DNA of 64,000 nt from Bacteroidota bacterium (lineage in GTDB: Bacteria; Bacteroidota; Bacteroidia; UBA4408). Position 1 is the first letter of the stretch; each line of letters opens with the position of its first letter. The notes beneath the pieces were generated by a model. The model had not been told where the DNA came from, did not search any database, and saw only the letters and a list, made by a program, of their open reading frames with translations. The position numbers and the translations under genes were made by a program. The stretch is from NCBI GenBank assembly GCA_040385525.1, contig JAZKHE010000002.1, positions 969,786-1,033,785 on the forward strand, read 5' to 3'. Below are positions 18,882 through 28,002 of this stretch, in pieces.

Positions 18882-21032
18882 CTATTTTCCTTTCTTTTTA
18901 GGTGTTTCAATAGCAGGCGCAACCTTAAATATTTTGAATTCTGTTCTTCTATTCATCATTTTTTCTTTGTCAGAACAGTCAATTCCATTTAAACATCTAT
19001 TTAATATTTTGGTTTCTCCTAAACCTTTTGAAGAAATATTTGTAGGTTTTACACCTTTTGTTGCAATTAAGTCGGCAACCGATTTTGCTCTTTTTGCAGA
19101 TAATTCTAAATTAGCATTGTCATCTCCATCAGCATCGGTATAGGCTAACACATCAACAAAATAACCAGGATTTGAGCGCATTATTTTTGCTACTTCTGCA
19201 ATCTTTTTTTCTTCTTCTTTTGAAATTTTTATGCTTCCAGAATCAAAGTATATATTTTGTGTAATTGTAATTTCATTCTCCTTCGATTTTTTAAAATCTT
19301 TTAATTTTATTGAAATATTTTCTTCTTCAGGAATAGCAATCAACGCATTAAAATCGTGCGGTAAAATTGTGTACGAAAAGTTTTGATCTTTATCACGTTG
19401 AATTTTAGTAATTACATTTCCCGATTGGTTAGCGATATAAATTATATCATCTTTTACTTCTGAATTTTTTTCAATTTCAATATTTACTTGTTTTCCTTCG
19501 TCAATAGATTTAAATGAAAAATCCCCATAAATATCTGTAGTTGTAGTTCTAATTATTTCGCCACCTTCGCCTTTTAAATTTACAACTTGATTAATAATTG
19601 ATTTTTTTTCGGTTTCTCCAACTAATAATTTAGCGTAAATATTTCTATACTTTTTAGAATTAGCGTCAAAATTTGGTTCTGGTTCTATTGCTTTTTTTGC
19701 CCACAAAATTTCGCCATTACTATTTAGTTTAGTTAGGTAAACACAAAAGTTTCCACTGTTGGTTAATTCAATTTTGCCAAATTTTGCTACTCCTGCAAAT
19801 TCGCCAATAGCAATAATGTTTTTTTCATTATCAACTGTAATATCTTTTCCAGCATCATCTTTTGTAAAGCCTGAATTTACTATCCATTCTGTGTTGTTTT
19901 GGTTGTTAATTTTGGCAATATAAAAATCGAAACCAGAATCTGATGCGTCTGTTTCTGCAACTTTATTATTAATAGTAATTTTGTTTTTATAAGAACCCGT
20001 AATGTATATGTTTTCATTATTATCTGAGGCAATTGCATTTGGATATGAAAAACCTTCAAATAATTTTTTTGTCAACAAGTTTCCGTCGCTACTAGAGTTG
20101 ATTTGAAAAGCACTTCCTAGTTCTTCTTGGTACAAATTAAAATTTAAGCCCGAATTTTTTGAATCTGGAGATATAACTCGCTTTACTGTTTGTAAAGCAA
20201 TTAACGCATCTTTTTTGTGAGTAAAATGAACATCATTTACAACGCTCTTATTTGACTCTTCAGAAGAGTTTTTTATCCAATTTAATGTGCCAGCAGTTGA
20301 ATAATTTGCTAAAAACCCATCATTAGTTGAACCATTAATACTTCTATCTCCAAATGTTGCTGAACTTGAAAATGAGCCACCAACCAATATTAAACCAGGA
20401 ATTATATCAATAGACATTGCAACATCTTTACCTGTTCCACCAAAGTGTTTCGACCATTCTACTTTTCCGTTAGGGGAATATTTTGCTAAAAATCCATCAG
20501 TATCTCCATTTGATTTTTCTGTTTCTTTTTCAAAATTCGTAACTCCATAAAAAGAACCAGTAACATAAACATAATTACTGCCATCAATAGCAATATCATA
20601 TGCAGTTGCTGCGTTTGCTTTTTTAACCCAAATAATATCGCCAGACGGATTGTATTTTGCAATAAATGCATATTCACCTTTTCCTTTAACGGTTATATAA
20701 TCGAATGAAGCTGTGTCGGTAAAATTACCACAAACATAAACGTATCCATCTTTATCTACGGCAACTCCAGTAGCAACATCATATTGAACGCCACCTGCAG
20801 AAGTTATCCACTGACAAACTCCATTTTTTGAATATTTGGCAATGTATGCGTCAGAACCTCCTGCGCTGCCTATGTACAAATTATCACTTTTTATAGCACC
20901 TTCAAAGCCACCAACAATGTATATATTACCATATTTATCAGTTGTAACAGCGTCGGTTGCTACCGCATTTTGTGCTTTAGAATAACTAGTTGTAGTTATT
21001 ATAATTATTAATACTGCTAATATTCTTCTCAT
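18882..21032 (-). CDS. SBBP-repeat beta-propeller protein with C-terminal OmpA-like peptidoglycan-binding domain
   Basis: Repeats such as DKYGNIYIVGGF and DAYIAKYSKNG; OmpA motifs YTDADG, NLELSAKRA, NRRTEF. Confidence 0.88.
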   Translation of the reverse strand: MRRILAVLIIIITTTSYSKAQNAVATDAVTTDKYGNIYIVGGFEGAIKSDNLYIGSAGGSDAYIAKYSKNGVCQWITSAGGVQYDVATGVAVDKDGYVYVCGNFTDTASFDYITVKGKGEYAFIAKYNPSGDIIWVKKANAATAYDIAIDGSNYVYVTGSFYGVTNFEKETEKSNGDTDGFLAKYSPNGKVEWSKHFGGTGKDVAMSIDIIPGLILVGGSFSSSATFGDRSINGSTNDGFLANYSTAGTLNWIKNSSEESNKSVVNDVHFTHKKDALIALQTVKRVISPDSKNSGLNFNLYQEELGSAFQINSSSDGNLLTKKLFEGFSYPNAIASDNNENIYITGSYKNKITINNKVAETDASDSGFDFYIAKINNQNNTEWIVNSGFTKDDAGKDITVDNEKNIIAIGEFAGVAKFGKIELTNSGNFCVYLTKLNSNGEILWAKKAIEPEPNFDANSKKYRNIYAKLLVGETEKKSIINQVVNLKGEGGEIIRTTTTDIYGDFSFKSIDEGKQVNIEIEKNSEVKDDIIYIANQSGNVITKIQRDKDQNFSYTILPHDFNALIAIPEEENISIKLKDFKKSKENEITITQNIYFDSGSIKISKEEEKKIAEVAKIMRSNPGYFVDVLAYTDADGDDNANLELSAKRAKSVADLIATKGVKPTNISSKGLGETKILNRCLNGIDCSDKEKMMNRRTEFKIFKVAPAIETPKKKGK

Positions 21033-21073
21033 TTTTATCTAATTTTAGAATTTAAATGTAATAATTAATCGGC

Positions 21074-21895
21074 ATGATTTGCTACCCAAACGCTAAAATA
21101 AATTTAGGACTTAATGTAATTGAGAAAAGGGCTGATGGTTTCCATAATTTGGAGTCGGTTTTTTATCCAATTCCTTTGGCCGATATTTTAGAAGTTGTTG
21201 CTGCAGAAAGCGATGAACCTAAAATAATGGCTTCGTATAGCGGTATTGAAATTCCGGGAGATAAGAATGATAATTTATGTGTTAAAGCTTATCACTTGTT
21301 AAGTAAAGATTTTGATTTGCCCGCTATAAAATTTCATTTGCATAAAATTATACCCATGGGTGCTGGTTTGGGTGGTGGTAGTGCCGACGCTTCTTTTTTT
21401 ATTTTGCAATTAAATCAGTTGTTTTCGTTAGGATTAAGCAAGCAAAAAATGAAAAATTATGCTGCGCAATTAGGTAGCGATTGTACTTTTTTTATTGACA
21501 ATGTGCCGAGTTTTGCCACAAGTAGAGGAGAAGTTTTGGAGCCATTTGAAATTTCATTAAAAGGATATTTTTTAGTTTTAATAAATCCAGGAATACACGT
21601 AAGCACAAAAGATGCTTTTGCGATGTTGAATCCTGAAAAGTCAAAAATATCAATAAAAAGTATTTTACAACAGCCGATACAAACTTGGAAAGACAATTTG
21701 AAAAATGATTTTGAGAAAACCGTTTTTAAAAAAAATCCTGAAATAGAAAATGTAAAGAATGAATTATATAGTAACGGAGCGTTATATGCTTCTATGACAG
21801 GAAGCGGATCGTCTGTTTTTGCTTTGTTTGAAAAGGAAGTAGATTTAAAAAACACTTTTGAAAACTATTTTTATTACACTGTTTTATTGAAATAG
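21074..21895 (+). CDS. ispE: 4-diphosphocytidyl-2-C-methyl-D-erythritol kinase
   Basis: PNAKINLGL, PMGAGLGGGSAD, MTGSGS. Confidence 0.97.
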   Translation: MICYPNAKINLGLNVIEKRADGFHNLESVFYPIPLADILEVVAAESDEPKIMASYSGIEIPGDKNDNLCVKAYHLLSKDFDLPAIKFHLHKIIPMGAGLGGGSADASFFILQLNQLFSLGLSKQKMKNYAAQLGSDCTFFIDNVPSFATSRGEVLEPFEISLKGYFLVLINPGIHVSTKDAFAMLNPEKSKISIKSILQQPIQTWKDNLKNDFEKTVFKKNPEIENVKNELYSNGALYASMTGSGSSVFALFEKEVDLKNTFENYFYYTVLLK

Positions 21896-21943
21896 AAGTC
21901 TATATTTTTTTACTATAAACACCCTTAAATAACTAAAAATAAA

Positions 21944-22627
21944 CTATTTGTCACTTGGGTTAGCAAAATAATAATTTAATGAAATTCGAGCGTAAGTAGG
22001 TTTAAAACTAGATGTATAATCAAATGTTGTTTTTGAAGTAATTATTTCGCCAGTATTTTGATTGTAAACAAATCCAGATGTTTCGCGTTTTTGATTAAAG
22101 TAAATCATTCGCATACCAAATTCGCCACCAATACTAAAATTATCATCAAAAAAATATTCAGTTCCAAAACCAAGTAAACCACCAAAAATATTTATACCAC
22201 TTAGCTGTTTTTGTAAATCGACATTTGATGTAATATTTGAACTATTTTCGATACTTGCAGAAATAATAAATTTAGTAAAACTCATTATACCGTATGCTTT
22301 TAGTTTATTACTTTGCTTAAAAAAATATTTAGTTCCAACAGTTGGCATGTAAATGGAACCTGTTAGTTTAACTTTATCTTCGTATGAAACAATCGTGCCT
22401 GTAATTCGATCGTATCGATTTCCTTTTTCAATAGAACTTACACTTCCATTTAAAACCTGTAGGCTAACAAAAGGGACAACTTTTTTAATTTTATAACCAA
22501 ATGATGCGCCGTTAAGTTGTATTCCTGGGCTTACACTAAATGCGAATTGAGCATTACTTTTAGTAGCAATTAAACAAAATATCGCTGTAAATACTAAATT
22601 TAGTAATAAGGGTTTTTTTATTTTCAT
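21944..22627 (-). CDS. Outer-membrane beta-barrel protein
   Basis: Signal peptide; GTEYFFDDNFSIGGEFG and ISLNYYF strands. Confidence 0.75.
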   Translation of the reverse strand: MKIKKPLLLNLVFTAIFCLIATKSNAQFAFSVSPGIQLNGASFGYKIKKVVPFVSLQVLNGSVSSIEKGNRYDRITGTIVSYEDKVKLTGSIYMPTVGTKYFFKQSNKLKAYGIMSFTKFIISASIENSSNITSNVDLQKQLSGINIFGGLLGFGTEYFFDDNFSIGGEFGMRMIYFNQKRETSGFVYNQNTGEIITSKTTFDYTSSFKPTYARISLNYYFANPSDK

Positions 22628-22898
22628 GTTTTTTGATTATAAGTGTTTTGCTAAGTTATAAATATTTTTGAATTAAAAAACTAATTTCAAAACAATATTA
22701 ACTCTAAGAGTTTGTTTAATTTACTGAAACTCTTTTGAACAAGAGCTTTGTGCTATTTTCGTAATAGTTTGGAATGTTTAGTTTTTTTAATAATAATGGT
22801 TTAATAAAATAGCAATTTAATAAGCTTATAAAAAACATTTTGTTTATTGTAGTTAATTTTTGGTTTGGTTTGATAAATAAAAGTTAATTAAGAAATAA

Positions 22899-23291
22899 TT
22901 ATTTTTTATTCTGAAGTAAAACAAGAATTTCTACAATAGCCAAAATTAAAATGATACTAATTTCAAGAATAAAGTAGCTTAATCCTAACACCGTAATTTG
23001 CTTGCAATAATAAATTATAAGATAACCTGTAAGACTGCAATACAAAATATTTGCAATACTTATTGCTTTTAGAAAGAATTGCCATTTTTTGTTTAATAAA
23101 TAAAAACAAGAAATAGAGTAAATACTAAAAAGTATTGCTATTATTGAAAGATAGCTAAGTGTTGTTTTTGGCAATCCAAAATAAGTATTGTAATTTCTTA
23201 AAACAAAAAACAAAAAAAATGAAGTTATAAAAGCACCAATTCCATCAATTAAAAAAATACGTTTTGGATTCGAGCTTAAATTCCGAAGCAT
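22899..23291 (-). CDS. Small 4-TM membrane protein
   Basis: Four hydrophobic helices; FLIDGIGA and ANILYC motifs. Confidence 0.75.
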   Translation of the reverse strand: MLRNLSSNPKRIFLIDGIGAFITSFFLFFVLRNYNTYFGLPKTTLSYLSIIAILFSIYSISCFYLLNKKWQFFLKAISIANILYCSLTGYLIIYYCKQITVLGLSYFILEISIILILAIVEILVLLQNKK

Positions 23292-23297
23292 TATTTT

Positions 23298-23795
23298 TTA
23301 TTCTTCTTCTTTAAAATTTATAGATACAGAATTAATGCAATAGCGCAATCCTGTTGGTTTAGGACCATCATCAAAAACGTGTCCTAAGTGTCCGCCACAG
23401 TTGGCACACATCACTTCAATACGAATCATGCCATGTGTTAAATCTCTTTTTTCAATAATTTTAGATTTATCCATTGCTTCGTAAAAACTCGGCCAACCGC
23501 AATGTGCGTCAAATTTTGTATCTGATCTAAATAATTCTGCGTTGCAAGCTGCGCAACTATAGACTCCTTTTGCTGTATGGTCGTAATATTTTCCGCTAAA
23601 AGGGCGTTCTGTCCCTTTTTCTCTTAAAATAGAATATTGCTCAGGCGTTAATGTTTTTTTCCATTCTTCATCTGATTTAGTAATTGGAGTTGCCATTTTT
23701 TTTTCTTGATTTAAGTTAGAATTGTTTTCAGCAGTTTTGTTTTGCGAACAAGCACTTAACCAAAAACAAACAAATAAAATTGATAAATATTTCAT
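23298..23795 (-). CDS. msrB: Peptide-methionine (R)-S-oxide reductase, lipoprotein-anchored
   Basis: [28 protein letters not shown], two CxxC; preferred start MKYLSIL with LSAC lipobox. Confidence 0.96.
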   Translation of the reverse strand: MKYLSILFVCFWLSACSQNKTAENNSNLNQEKKMATPITKSDEEWKKTLTPEQYSILREKGTERPFSGKYYDHTAKGVYSCAACNAELFRSDTKFDAHCGWPSFYEAMDKSKIIEKRDLTHGMIRIEVMCANCGGHLGHVFDDGPKPTGLRYCINSVSINFKEEE

Positions 23796-23844
23796 ATTGA
23801 TATTTATTATAGAACAAAGGTAAAGCAATAAAGTTTACACAAAT

Positions 23845-23874
23845 AAAAAGCGACACATTTCTGTGTCGCTTTTT
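23845..23874 (-). terminator. Intrinsic terminator downstream of yceI-like gene
   Basis: Perfect inverted repeat AAAAAGCGACACA/TGTGTCGCTTTTT with 4-nt loop. Confidence 0.85.
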
Positions 23875-23898
23875 AAAACTAAATCAAAAAAAAAAAAA

Positions 23899-24495
23899 TT
23901 ATTTTGTAGCTACTAAGTTTAATTTAATTTCAAAATCATCGTTAATTGCTTTATCTCCAATACCTTCAACAAAACTTTTTGAACCATATTTAATATCAAA
24001 CTTAGTTCTGTCAACAGTAATTGTAGAAACAGCAACAAATTTTTTGTCGTCCATTTTAATTACAGCAGGAAAAGTAACTGGGTTTGTTTTTCCTTTAATA
24101 GTTAAGTCACCGCTAACTTCGTAGTTATCTTTACCATTATTTTTTACGCTTTTTAAAACAAATTTTGCAGTAGGAAATTTATCTGTTCCAAAAAAATCGT
24201 CAGCTTTTAAGTGACCTACTAATTTTCCGCCGTATTCAGCATCTAAATCAGTACAAGTAATAGAATTCATATCTATTTCAAATTCTCCACCTTTAATGTC
24301 TTTTCCAGCAACTTCAACTTTACCAGTTGCAACAGAAATTGCACCAGTGTGTTGACCTGTTACTTTTTTTCCAACCCAAGTTGCAGTTGTTAATTTGTTG
24401 TCTACTTTATAAGTAGTTGAAGCTTTTTCTTTAGTAGTAAAAGCAAATGTTGCACTAATTGCAAGTGCTGCGATTGTAATTTTTATTGATTTCAT
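23899..24495 (-). CDS. YceI-family lipid/polyisoprenoid-binding protein
   Basis: WVGKKVTGQH, HLKADDFF, GDLTIKG, DRTKFDIKYGS. Confidence 0.93.
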   Translation of the reverse strand: MKSIKITIAALAISATFAFTTKEKASTTYKVDNKLTTATWVGKKVTGQHTGAISVATGKVEVAGKDIKGGEFEIDMNSITCTDLDAEYGGKLVGHLKADDFFGTDKFPTAKFVLKSVKNNGKDNYEVSGDLTIKGKTNPVTFPAVIKMDDKKFVAVSTITVDRTKFDIKYGSKSFVEGIGDKAINDDFEIKLNLVATK

Positions 24496-24520
24496 AATAT
24501 GTCTTTTTAAATTTATAGTG

Positions 24521-24539
24521 CAAATATATGTATATACAT
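24521..24539 (-). promoter_or_regulatory. -7 element (TATATTTG) abutting palindrome ATGTATATACAT
   Basis: TAnnTTTG at 24528-24521; perfect 12-bp palindrome at 24528-24539. Confidence 0.6.
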
Positions 24540-24600
24540 GTAATGTGGTAATATAAAAAATGTTAATTATTGTAATTGTCTGAAAATCAGTTGCTTTATT

Positions 24601-25617
24601 TTAGATAAAAACTTTTTCTACATCGCAACTTGATCGATTTCCAATATCGTTGTAATGATTTTGAAGCCAGATTTTAGCTTTTTCTTTACCTAATTGTTTT
24701 AAATTATTTAAATGTTCCCAATCGGTATTTAATTTGCTCGAAACATTCATATCGGCCATTTCTGTTTCTGCATTAATTGCGTGAATATTTAATTTTTTTA
24801 CAGGACCAAGAACAGAAGTTAAATCAATTCCTTTATCAAGCAGTTTTTGAATTAAATGAATTTTGCTCATTTCGTGCATTAAACTAGAGTTGAAAGAAAG
24901 TTCGTTAACTCTATCACGAATTGCATCAACCGTTTTTGGCGTAGTTTTTATTTGTATTGGATTAATTTGCGCCAACAAAACATCTTCACTTTCAGTTCCA
25001 TCAATTAAGGGGAAAATAGGAGGGTTACCCATGTAGCCACCATCCCAATAATCTTCGCCATCAATGGTTACAGCCTTAAACATAAATGGTAAACATGCCG
25101 AAGCCAAAACCATTTCTACATCAATTTCTTTAGTTGAAAAAACTTTAACTCTGCTTGTTCTAACATTAGTTGCACATAAATATAATTTAGTGCGCGTGCA
25201 TTTTTTTAGTTCTTCAAAATTAACTAATGATACTAAAATATCTTTTAACGGATTTAAGTCTAAAGGATTAAACTGATAAGGAGAAGCCATTTGCGACATC
25301 GCTTCAAATATTTTGTAAAACGGCGAATATTCCATTCCGCCCATTCCTTCTATCTTATCTAAAATAGAAGGTTGTAATAAAGAGTATTTATTGTTATCAG
25401 AAGTTTTTTTCCAAAATTTGTTAAGCATATCAATTGCACCTTGTCTGCCACCAATATGCAAACCGTAAGTAAGCATAGTTGCATTCATAGCGCCAGCACT
25501 TGTTCCGCAGGCACCCGAAATTTCTATGCGCTCGTCTAATAATAATTCTTCAATAATTCCCCAAGTAAAAGCTCCGTGAGCTCCGCCACCTTGCAATGCT
25601 AAATCGATGTATTTCAT
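24601..25617 (-). CDS. Patatin-like phospholipase
   Basis: LALQGGGAHG, GTSAG, WDGG; preferred start MKYIDL at 25617. Confidence 0.92.
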   Translation of the reverse strand: MKYIDLALQGGGAHGAFTWGIIEELLLDERIEISGACGTSAGAMNATMLTYGLHIGGRQGAIDMLNKFWKKTSDNNKYSLLQPSILDKIEGMGGMEYSPFYKIFEAMSQMASPYQFNPLDLNPLKDILVSLVNFEELKKCTRTKLYLCATNVRTSRVKVFSTKEIDVEMVLASACLPFMFKAVTIDGEDYWDGGYMGNPPIFPLIDGTESEDVLLAQINPIQIKTTPKTVDAIRDRVNELSFNSSLMHEMSKIHLIQKLLDKGIDLTSVLGPVKKLNIHAINAETEMADMNVSSKLNTDWEHLNNLKQLGKEKAKIWLQNHYNDIGNRSSCDVEKVFI

Positions 25618-25719
25618 TTTTATAATGTTGATTTTTTTACTAAAATACAATTTTAATTTTAATTTAAAAATTTGCCCAACTTTAAAATCATATCTTCGTA
25701 AAACAAGAAAAGTAAAGTA

Positions 25720-28002
25720 ATGGCTCTTAAATCATTTTTTATAAACAGACCTATACTGCGCCGAATAGTGTATTTCTTTCCTATTCAGCTACTTTTGGTT
25801 CAATTTAAAAAGAACCATATTGTAATGCTTTTTTGGCTTATTTTGTTTGGTATTGTAACTAAACAATTAGCAACCAAATATGGTATTCCGTATTTGTTTT
25901 TAGATCCCGAATATTTAAATAAAGTAAATTGGGTTTCGTACTTAATTGTTGGTTTTAGTATTGGCGGATTTATAATGGCGTTTAACATTTCGAGTTATGT
26001 AATGAATGCTTTTCGCTTTCCGTTTTTAGCAACATTATCCAATCCGTTTTTAAAATTTTGTTTAAATAATTTTATTCTGCCTTCTTTTTTTATTGTAATT
26101 TATTGTTGGCAAATAATAAAATTTCAGCACCAAGATCAGCTGGCAGATTCGTTTACCATATTTACTGAAGTAATTAGTTTTTTAGGAGGAATACTCCTTT
26201 TTATTTTTTTAAGTGCAACTTATTTTTTCTCTGCCAATAAAGATATTTCTAAAATGTTTGGAATTAAAACGGTAGAGAAATCAAATTTTAAAAACAAAAA
26301 AATAAGTAGAGTTGTATTGAAAAAAAACATGGAGTGGAAAACCATTTCAACAAAAGAGGAGAGAGATTGGCATGTTGAAACTTACATTTCAAACTTTTAT
26401 AGAATTAGATTAGCCAGAGGAATTGAGCATTACGATAAAGATATGCTGATTAAAGTGCTTAAACAAAATCACCGTAGCACAATTTGGTTCGAAATATTTA
26501 CGATTATAACGCTTTTGGTATTGTCGTTAGTTAGAGAAGTTCCTTTTTTTGCAATTCCAGCAGGAGCTAGTGTTGTTTTATTGCTTACTTTATATTTATT
26601 GCTTAGTAGCGCAACGCATACTTTTTTTAGAGGTTGGTCTACTACAATGGCTTTGTTATTAATTGTTGTGGCAAACGTTTTGTACACCTATAATTTTTTT
26701 AATTTTAAGAGCGAAGTTATTGGACTAAATTACAATACCTCCAAAATGCCTTATACCTTAGCCTCGGTTGAAGCTACGCAAAATAATCCTGCTATTTACC
26801 AAAACGATGTATTGCAAGGCTTGCAAATATTGAGCAATTGGGGTTTAAAAAACTCAAGTAATGAAAATAATAAAAAACCAAAATTAGTTTTTTTAAATTG
26901 TACTGGTGGTGGTTTACGTTCTGCATTGTGGACTTTTTATTCGTTGCAGCAAGCAGATAGTATAATGAATGGAGATTTGCTAAAACAAATTCATTTAATT
27001 ACCGGAGCCTCTGGAGGTATGGTAGGTGCAGCCTATATGCGCGAATTGTATTTACTAAAGCAAGAAGGCAAAATTAATTCGTTGAGCAATAAAAATTATG
27101 TCAATCAAATTAGTTCAGATGTATTAAATCCTGTTATTTTTAGTATAGCTGTTAACGATTTGTTTTTTCGTTTTTTAAAACATACAGATGGTAAATATAT
27201 ATATACAAAAGATAGAGGCTTTGCTTTAGAAAGCACATTAAGTTTTAACACAGGAGGAATATTAGCCAAAAAATTATTTGATTATAAATCGCCTGAGTTA
27301 GAATCAAAAATACCAATGATGATTTTTACGCCGAGTATATTAAATGATGGTAGGAAATTATTTATATCGCCACAGCCTATATCTTATTTGTTTAGCGCAA
27401 AGCATAATAGAAAAGTAAGTAATTTAGATTTGTTGCAAGGTGTTGAATTTTCGAGATTTTTTGCAAAACAAGATGCTGAAAATTTGAGTTTTTTGAGTGC
27501 ATTAAGAATGAATGCTAGTTTTCCGTTTGTGTCGCCAGTAGTTAATTTGCCTAGCGAACCCGTTATGGAAGTTGCCGATGCAGGCGGAAGAGACAACTAC
27601 GGTTTAGAAACAACTTTAGCTTACATAAAAACATTTAAAAAGTGGATTGAAGAAAACACTTCAGGTATCGTAATTATTCAAATTAGAGATAGACATAAAA
27701 TAAACGAAATTGATGAGCACAAAAATCAAACTTTGTTTCAAAGTATTTCGTCGCCAGTAAATAGTTTGTATGGTAATTTATTTAATGTTCAAGATTACAA
27801 TCAAGATCAGTTATTGCAATACGCATCCAATTGTTATGGCGGAAAAATTGATGTAATTACATTTCAAATGAGAAATAGTAAAAAAGATAACATTTCGTTA
27901 AGCTGGCATTTAACCGAAAAAGAAAAGCAACAAGTGCTTTCGTCGATTGATTTGCCAGAGAATATTGCCGCTTTAAAAAAGTTAAAAGTATTATTGGAGT
28001 AG
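25720..28002 (+). CDS. Multi-TM membrane protein with C-terminal patatin-like domain
   Basis: About 7-8 TM helices, then GGGLRS, GASGG, ASFP, DAG motifs. Confidence 0.8.
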   Translation: MALKSFFINRPILRRIVYFFPIQLLLVQFKKNHIVMLFWLILFGIVTKQLATKYGIPYLFLDPEYLNKVNWVSYLIVGFSIGGFIMAFNISSYVMNAFRFPFLATLSNPFLKFCLNNFILPSFFIVIYCWQIIKFQHQDQLADSFTIFTEVISFLGGILLFIFLSATYFFSANKDISKMFGIKTVEKSNFKNKKISRVVLKKNMEWKTISTKEERDWHVETYISNFYRIRLARGIEHYDKDMLIKVLKQNHRSTIWFEIFTIITLLVLSLVREVPFFAIPAGASVVLLLTLYLLLSSATHTFFRGWSTTMALLLIVVANVLYTYNFFNFKSEVIGLNYNTSKMPYTLASVEATQNNPAIYQNDVLQGLQILSNWGLKNSSNENNKKPKLVFLNCTGGGLRSALWTFYSLQQADSIMNGDLLKQIHLITGASGGMVGAAYMRELYLLKQEGKINSLSNKNYVNQISSDVLNPVIFSIAVNDLFFRFLKHTDGKYIYTKDRGFALESTLSFNTGGILAKKLFDYKSPELESKIPMMIFTPSILNDGRKLFISPQPISYLFSAKHNRKVSNLDLLQGVEFSRFFAKQDAENLSFLSALRMNASFPFVSPVVNLPSEPVMEVADAGGRDNYGLETTLAYIKTFKKWIEENTSGIVIIQIRDRHKINEIDEHKNQTLFQSISSPVNSLYGNLFNVQDYNQDQLLQYASNCYGGKIDVITFQMRNSKKDNISLSWHLTEKEKQQVLSSIDLPENIAALKKLKVLLE

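Noticed and set aside
22704-22737. CTAAGAGTTTGTTTAA resembling an IS terminal repeat, with 8-bp hairpin AAGAGTTT/AAACTCTT
   Set aside because: No transposase, no partner end and no target duplication; more simply a weak terminator or chance.
23886-23898. A13 homopolymer as a phase-variation tract
   Set aside because: It lies between a stop codon and a terminator, so length changes would not affect a frame or promoter.
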